This document shows, one piece after another, positions 59,905 through 64,000 of a DNA stretch of 64,000 bases. The translations under genes were made by a program, and so were the position numbers. This DNA is from the human T2T-CHM13v2.0 reference genome, Homo sapiens, in the NCBI RefSeq assembly GCF_009914755.1, contig NC_060932.1; one strand, given 5' to 3'. The stretch's first letter is position 1. Every line of letters begins with the position of its first letter. A model generated the notes under the pieces. It was not told the origin of the DNA. It saw only the letters and a program-made list of their open reading frames with translations, and did not search any database.

Positions 59905-60150
59905 AGTTGTTAACAATTATTTAGGACTTCCAGTGTGCCAGGCAGCATTCTAAGTGCTTTATTTTTAGTGACTCATTTAATTCTTGCAACAACCTCATGA
60001 GACAGATGTATTCATATCCTTTCCATTTTACAGGTGAGGACACCAAAGCCCAGAGAGGTTAAGTATCCTGCCCATAATTCCCTACATTCTAAGCACAGAA
60101 TGGAGATCTAAATCCCACAGGTTTATCTCCAAGATCCATGCTCTCAATTG
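59905..60150. mobile_element. MIR
   Basis: GTGCCAGGCAGCATTCTAAGTGCTTT..CCATTTTACAGGTGAGGACACCAAAGCCCAGAGAGGTTAAGT. Confidence 0.85.
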
Positions 60151-60882
60151 TCGCATGATACCGTTTCCCATAACCACTATGCTTAACTGCCCTAACACCA
60201 TGCAAATGCCTGTCTTTGAAGATATGTGGAAAATATGATCAAACAAGTGCAAAAAATAGAACTGCTTTATCTTCCAGGCTGATTATCATAGACTTGAGGC
60301 TCACCATCGTGCTACAAGAATTTCCTAACCAAACCATGTGATATTTTACTAATATTATAGCTGGCCCCATAGTGCTATCCATAACCGCTCAAAGTTAAAA
60401 GCATTTTTCAGTTCTATATTCATTTTAATGGGATGTTGTTTACAGTGAGTCTAATAAACAATATGTAAATGATTAGCTGTAGTTTTACAGCTTGAAACCA
60501 TGCATCGGCTGTCTACAATGTTTAGTTACAAAACACAGTGCAAGTTATTTGGAACTGAAGCTCCAGGAAAGCAGGCACCTGGTTAGTCTCAGTCCTCAGT
60601 GTGCTTTTGCACAGGGAAGCTGCCCAGTTGTTAAATGAACCACTTCCTTGTGATGTTGTCCAGCACTCCTTTGCTCCTGTTTCTTTGCTCCCCTTCTCTT
60701 CCCAGCCCCTTTCTCTGTACCATTGACATCATATTTAATTGATAACACACTCTCTTATATCCACAGTTTTTGCAGCAGCTTCTGCACCTGTTGGTCCTAT
60801 TGGAGACTTGGCTTCCCCCTTAGCAAACCTCTTTTCCTGAAGCCTCATTTTGCTTCCATATTCTATTAGGTTAGTTGCAGGA

Positions 60883-60924
60883 AGAAAGACTCTCTGACTC
60901 TGAGAAAGACTCTCTGACTCTGAG
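60883..60924. repeat. 2 x 20-bp perfect tandem duplication
   Basis: AGAAAGACTCTCTGACTCTG twice. Confidence 0.95.
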
Positions 60925-61445
60925 CTGTTTCCCAATCCTTATTCTCCCAACTCTTTTGAAGTGAGGCCGTCAAGTTCATGTCAATCCAATCCCCAGTTAC
61001 TCCCCCTTATTTATTAAAGATTCTAGCCTTTTGTTCATATACTTCCCTTTAACTCCAACCTTGGCAGCCTCACCGTGGGAGGCAAAGTCTCTGCGGACAC
61101 CCCCCACATGGTGTAACCCTGCAATTCCAGCACCATCACTGAGCAGCAGTCTGGATCTTTTTATCCCCTGGGGTGCTTCCTTCAGAAGTCCTCAACCCTG
61201 AAAACGCATTCTGATCTCATCCTTCCATCCCATGTCTCCCTCTCCACAGCTGGGTGGAGCCAGTCTTTTACTCTTGAACACGCACTCTCCATTCCCTGGT
61301 ATCCTGGCTTCTCAATATCTTCAACCAGGAAAACCTCCACATTGAATTAAAGCTGCAATTCACCTTTTTTTTCCCTCCCTGGGATGACTAATTACCACTG
61401 TAGAAACTTCCACAGCTTTGCAGATAGAAATCATTACCAATTGGA

Positions 61446-61883
<438 letters not shown>

Positions 61884-63005
61884 ACCCTGACTCATTTTCA
61901 GCAGACTGTATTGTCTCCACTGCATTAAGAGAGTTGAGACTATTGGTATCCTCTATCTCAGCTTCCAGGCACTCCTTGTCATGGTACCCACTGCCACCGT
62001 GATCCCATTTCTATCAGTCTCAGGGTGGTTCCTCCTCCTAGCCAAGGCTCTCTTCACTTGTGCCTTTCACACAGTCTTCTGAATTAGTGATTCAACAATT
62101 TTCTTATTCCTTTCTCAGACTTCCAACCTATTTCTTCCTTTCTCTCTCTTTCTCTTTCTGTCTTCTCTTTTACAGCAACGTTCCCTCTGCTTAAATACAT
62201 GCTAAAGTCTCTTCCATCCTGATTAAGAAACAACCCAAACCAAAATCACAAGAATAACAATGAACAGAAAACCACAACATACCATAAACCCATCCTTTCC
62301 CATCCTAAATTATCCCCATTGATCCTTCTTTTTCATTCTCAGGAGAATGTCTCCATGTGACAAGTCTCCACCCAGGTTACCACTTCCTTCACACACTTGC
62401 CCATATCTTGTCTTTCCACCTGTCATCCACTCTTCCTGAATTGTTTTTGCCTGCCAGAACCCTCCAGGATGGCTTGGGGGGCCTCTCCCTTGAAGTGCTT
62501 TGGGACATTGTGGCCACTTCCATCACTGACGTCCCCTTGCTCTATTCCAGTACTGGACAGTGAGACCCTTCAGGGCGTGGAATGGATTGCATTCATTGTT
62601 GTGTCCCCATTGCCTGGCACAATCCCTGGAACATGGAATAGGATCAATACGTACTTGTTAAATAAATATTTCCATATAAACTTCTACCAAATGACTCTCC
62701 ATTCATATTGCCTCTTTATTGCTTTCATATAATTTGATTACTTTTTAACCAACATACTGCTGCTTTCTGATAGAACAATATTGTCCCCATCTGCTCCACT
62801 AAGCTTCTGCAAAGACCTTGGAGAGTTCCCTATAGTTCAAAGAGTTCTCCTGGTTGAAGTCAGCTGGCCCACACAGTATCATTTCTTCACTCCCATGCTC
62901 TTTTCCAATGACTTCTAGAGTTCTGGATGTCCTAGACTGATAAAATTTATAAACCCTTAAAGGCATAGGATTAGATAGGTAATTATTGTTATGGTAATTC
63001 TGGAG

Positions 63006-63493
63006 TAAAGTACTTACTTTAATCCACATCATCCCAAACTAGCTTGTATTATCACCATAGTTTCATAAGACTGAGGATATTTTAATAATACCAAAGCAAT
63101 AAAGACTGAATAACGATAAGGCTTTAAGTTGAATAAATTTAATACTATAAGAAAGTTCAGTGCATTGCTGTGTAAGTCTACTGGGGCTCCCATAACAGAA
63201 TGCCAGGATAGAAGAGATTTAAGCATGTATTTAAGCAGAGTGGAAGTTGCTATTAATGAGAAAAAAAGAAAGAGAGAGAGAGAAAGAAAAAATAAAGTAC
63301 TTACTTTAGTCCACATCTTCCCAAACAAGCTTCTATTATTACCATAATTTCATAAGAGTGAGGATATTTTAATAATACAAAAGCAAGAAGGATAGAATAA
63401 TGGATAAGGCTTTAAGATGACTACATTTAATACTAAAAGAAAATTCAGTGCATTGCTGTGTAAGTCTACTGGGGCTGCCATAACAGAATGCCA
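63006..63493 (+). repeat. 200-bp tandem duplication (63006-63205, 63293-63493) with an 87-bp junction insert
   Basis: Copies ~90% identical; the insert is the reverse complement of ~62131-62221. Confidence 0.95.
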
Positions 63494-63848
63494 CAGATTC
63501 AGTGGTTTTTTCACAGTGCTGGACTTGAAAGTCCAAGATCAAGGTACCCTGAAGGTTGGTATCTGGTGAGGCCTCTCTCCCTGGCTTATAGACAGCCACC
63601 TTCTTGTCTTCTCACATGGCCTTTCCTTTCTATGTGCACTCTCCTACTGGCTCTTTCTCTTCTTGTGAGGACACTATTCTTATTGGCTTAGGGCCCCACC
63701 CTTATGACCTCATTTAACCTCACTTACCTCCTTATACCTTCCACTTACCCCAATTATCTCCTAACACAGTAACATCGGGGTTAGAGCTTTAACATATAAA
63801 CTGCAGGCTGATGGGGCAGGGTGGGAAATTACAATTCAGCCCATAGCA
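63457..63848 (-). mobile_element. MLT1A-type MaLR solo LTR
   Basis: GGGCTGCCATAACAGAATGCCACAGA..AAGTCCAAGATCAAGG..ACAATTCAGCCCATAGCA; perfect TSD ATTGC (63452, 63849). Confidence 0.9.
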
Positions 63849-64000
63849 ATTGCCCTTGTTTTTCTCATTTTGCTGCTGATTATTGGCAATTTCGTACTGG
63901 ATTGATACCAATCTGGTATCAATTTGGGATTTGGGAAATATAGTCCTAATCATTGTATGGGCCATATATAAAGTCTGTAAAAATTATATATTTTATTTAT

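Overview
This is primate, most likely human, non-coding genomic DNA (intronic or intergenic). It is AT-rich, has no CpG island, and contains no protein-coding exon or RNA gene I can recognise. The long ORFs in the track are mostly Alu, LTR or microsatellite read-throughs. The window carries about 35 Alu copies or fragments, L1 3' fragments, L2/MIR/L3 relics, MaLR and ERV LTRs, several hAT MITEs, and a ~2.7 kb fossil Charlie-type hAT transposon with readable transposase motifs and two nested MITEs. The most notable structure that repeat annotation does not explain is a set of local template-switch or templated-insertion scars. (i) At 31.2-32.8 kb an L1 is split by an AT-rich array framed by 81-bp inverted arms, plus an inverted copy of downstream DNA. 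(ii) At 40.06-40.18 kb there is a 41-bp-stem hairpin built from a MIR segment. (iii) At 46.55 and 47.74 kb there is a 190-bp dispersed direct duplication. (iv) At 62.1-63.5 kb a 200-bp tandem duplication has a junction holding an inverted copy of DNA from 1 kb away. Repeat subfamily names come from recalled consensus sequences, and identities are hand counts; both need computational confirmation. I could not identify the locus.
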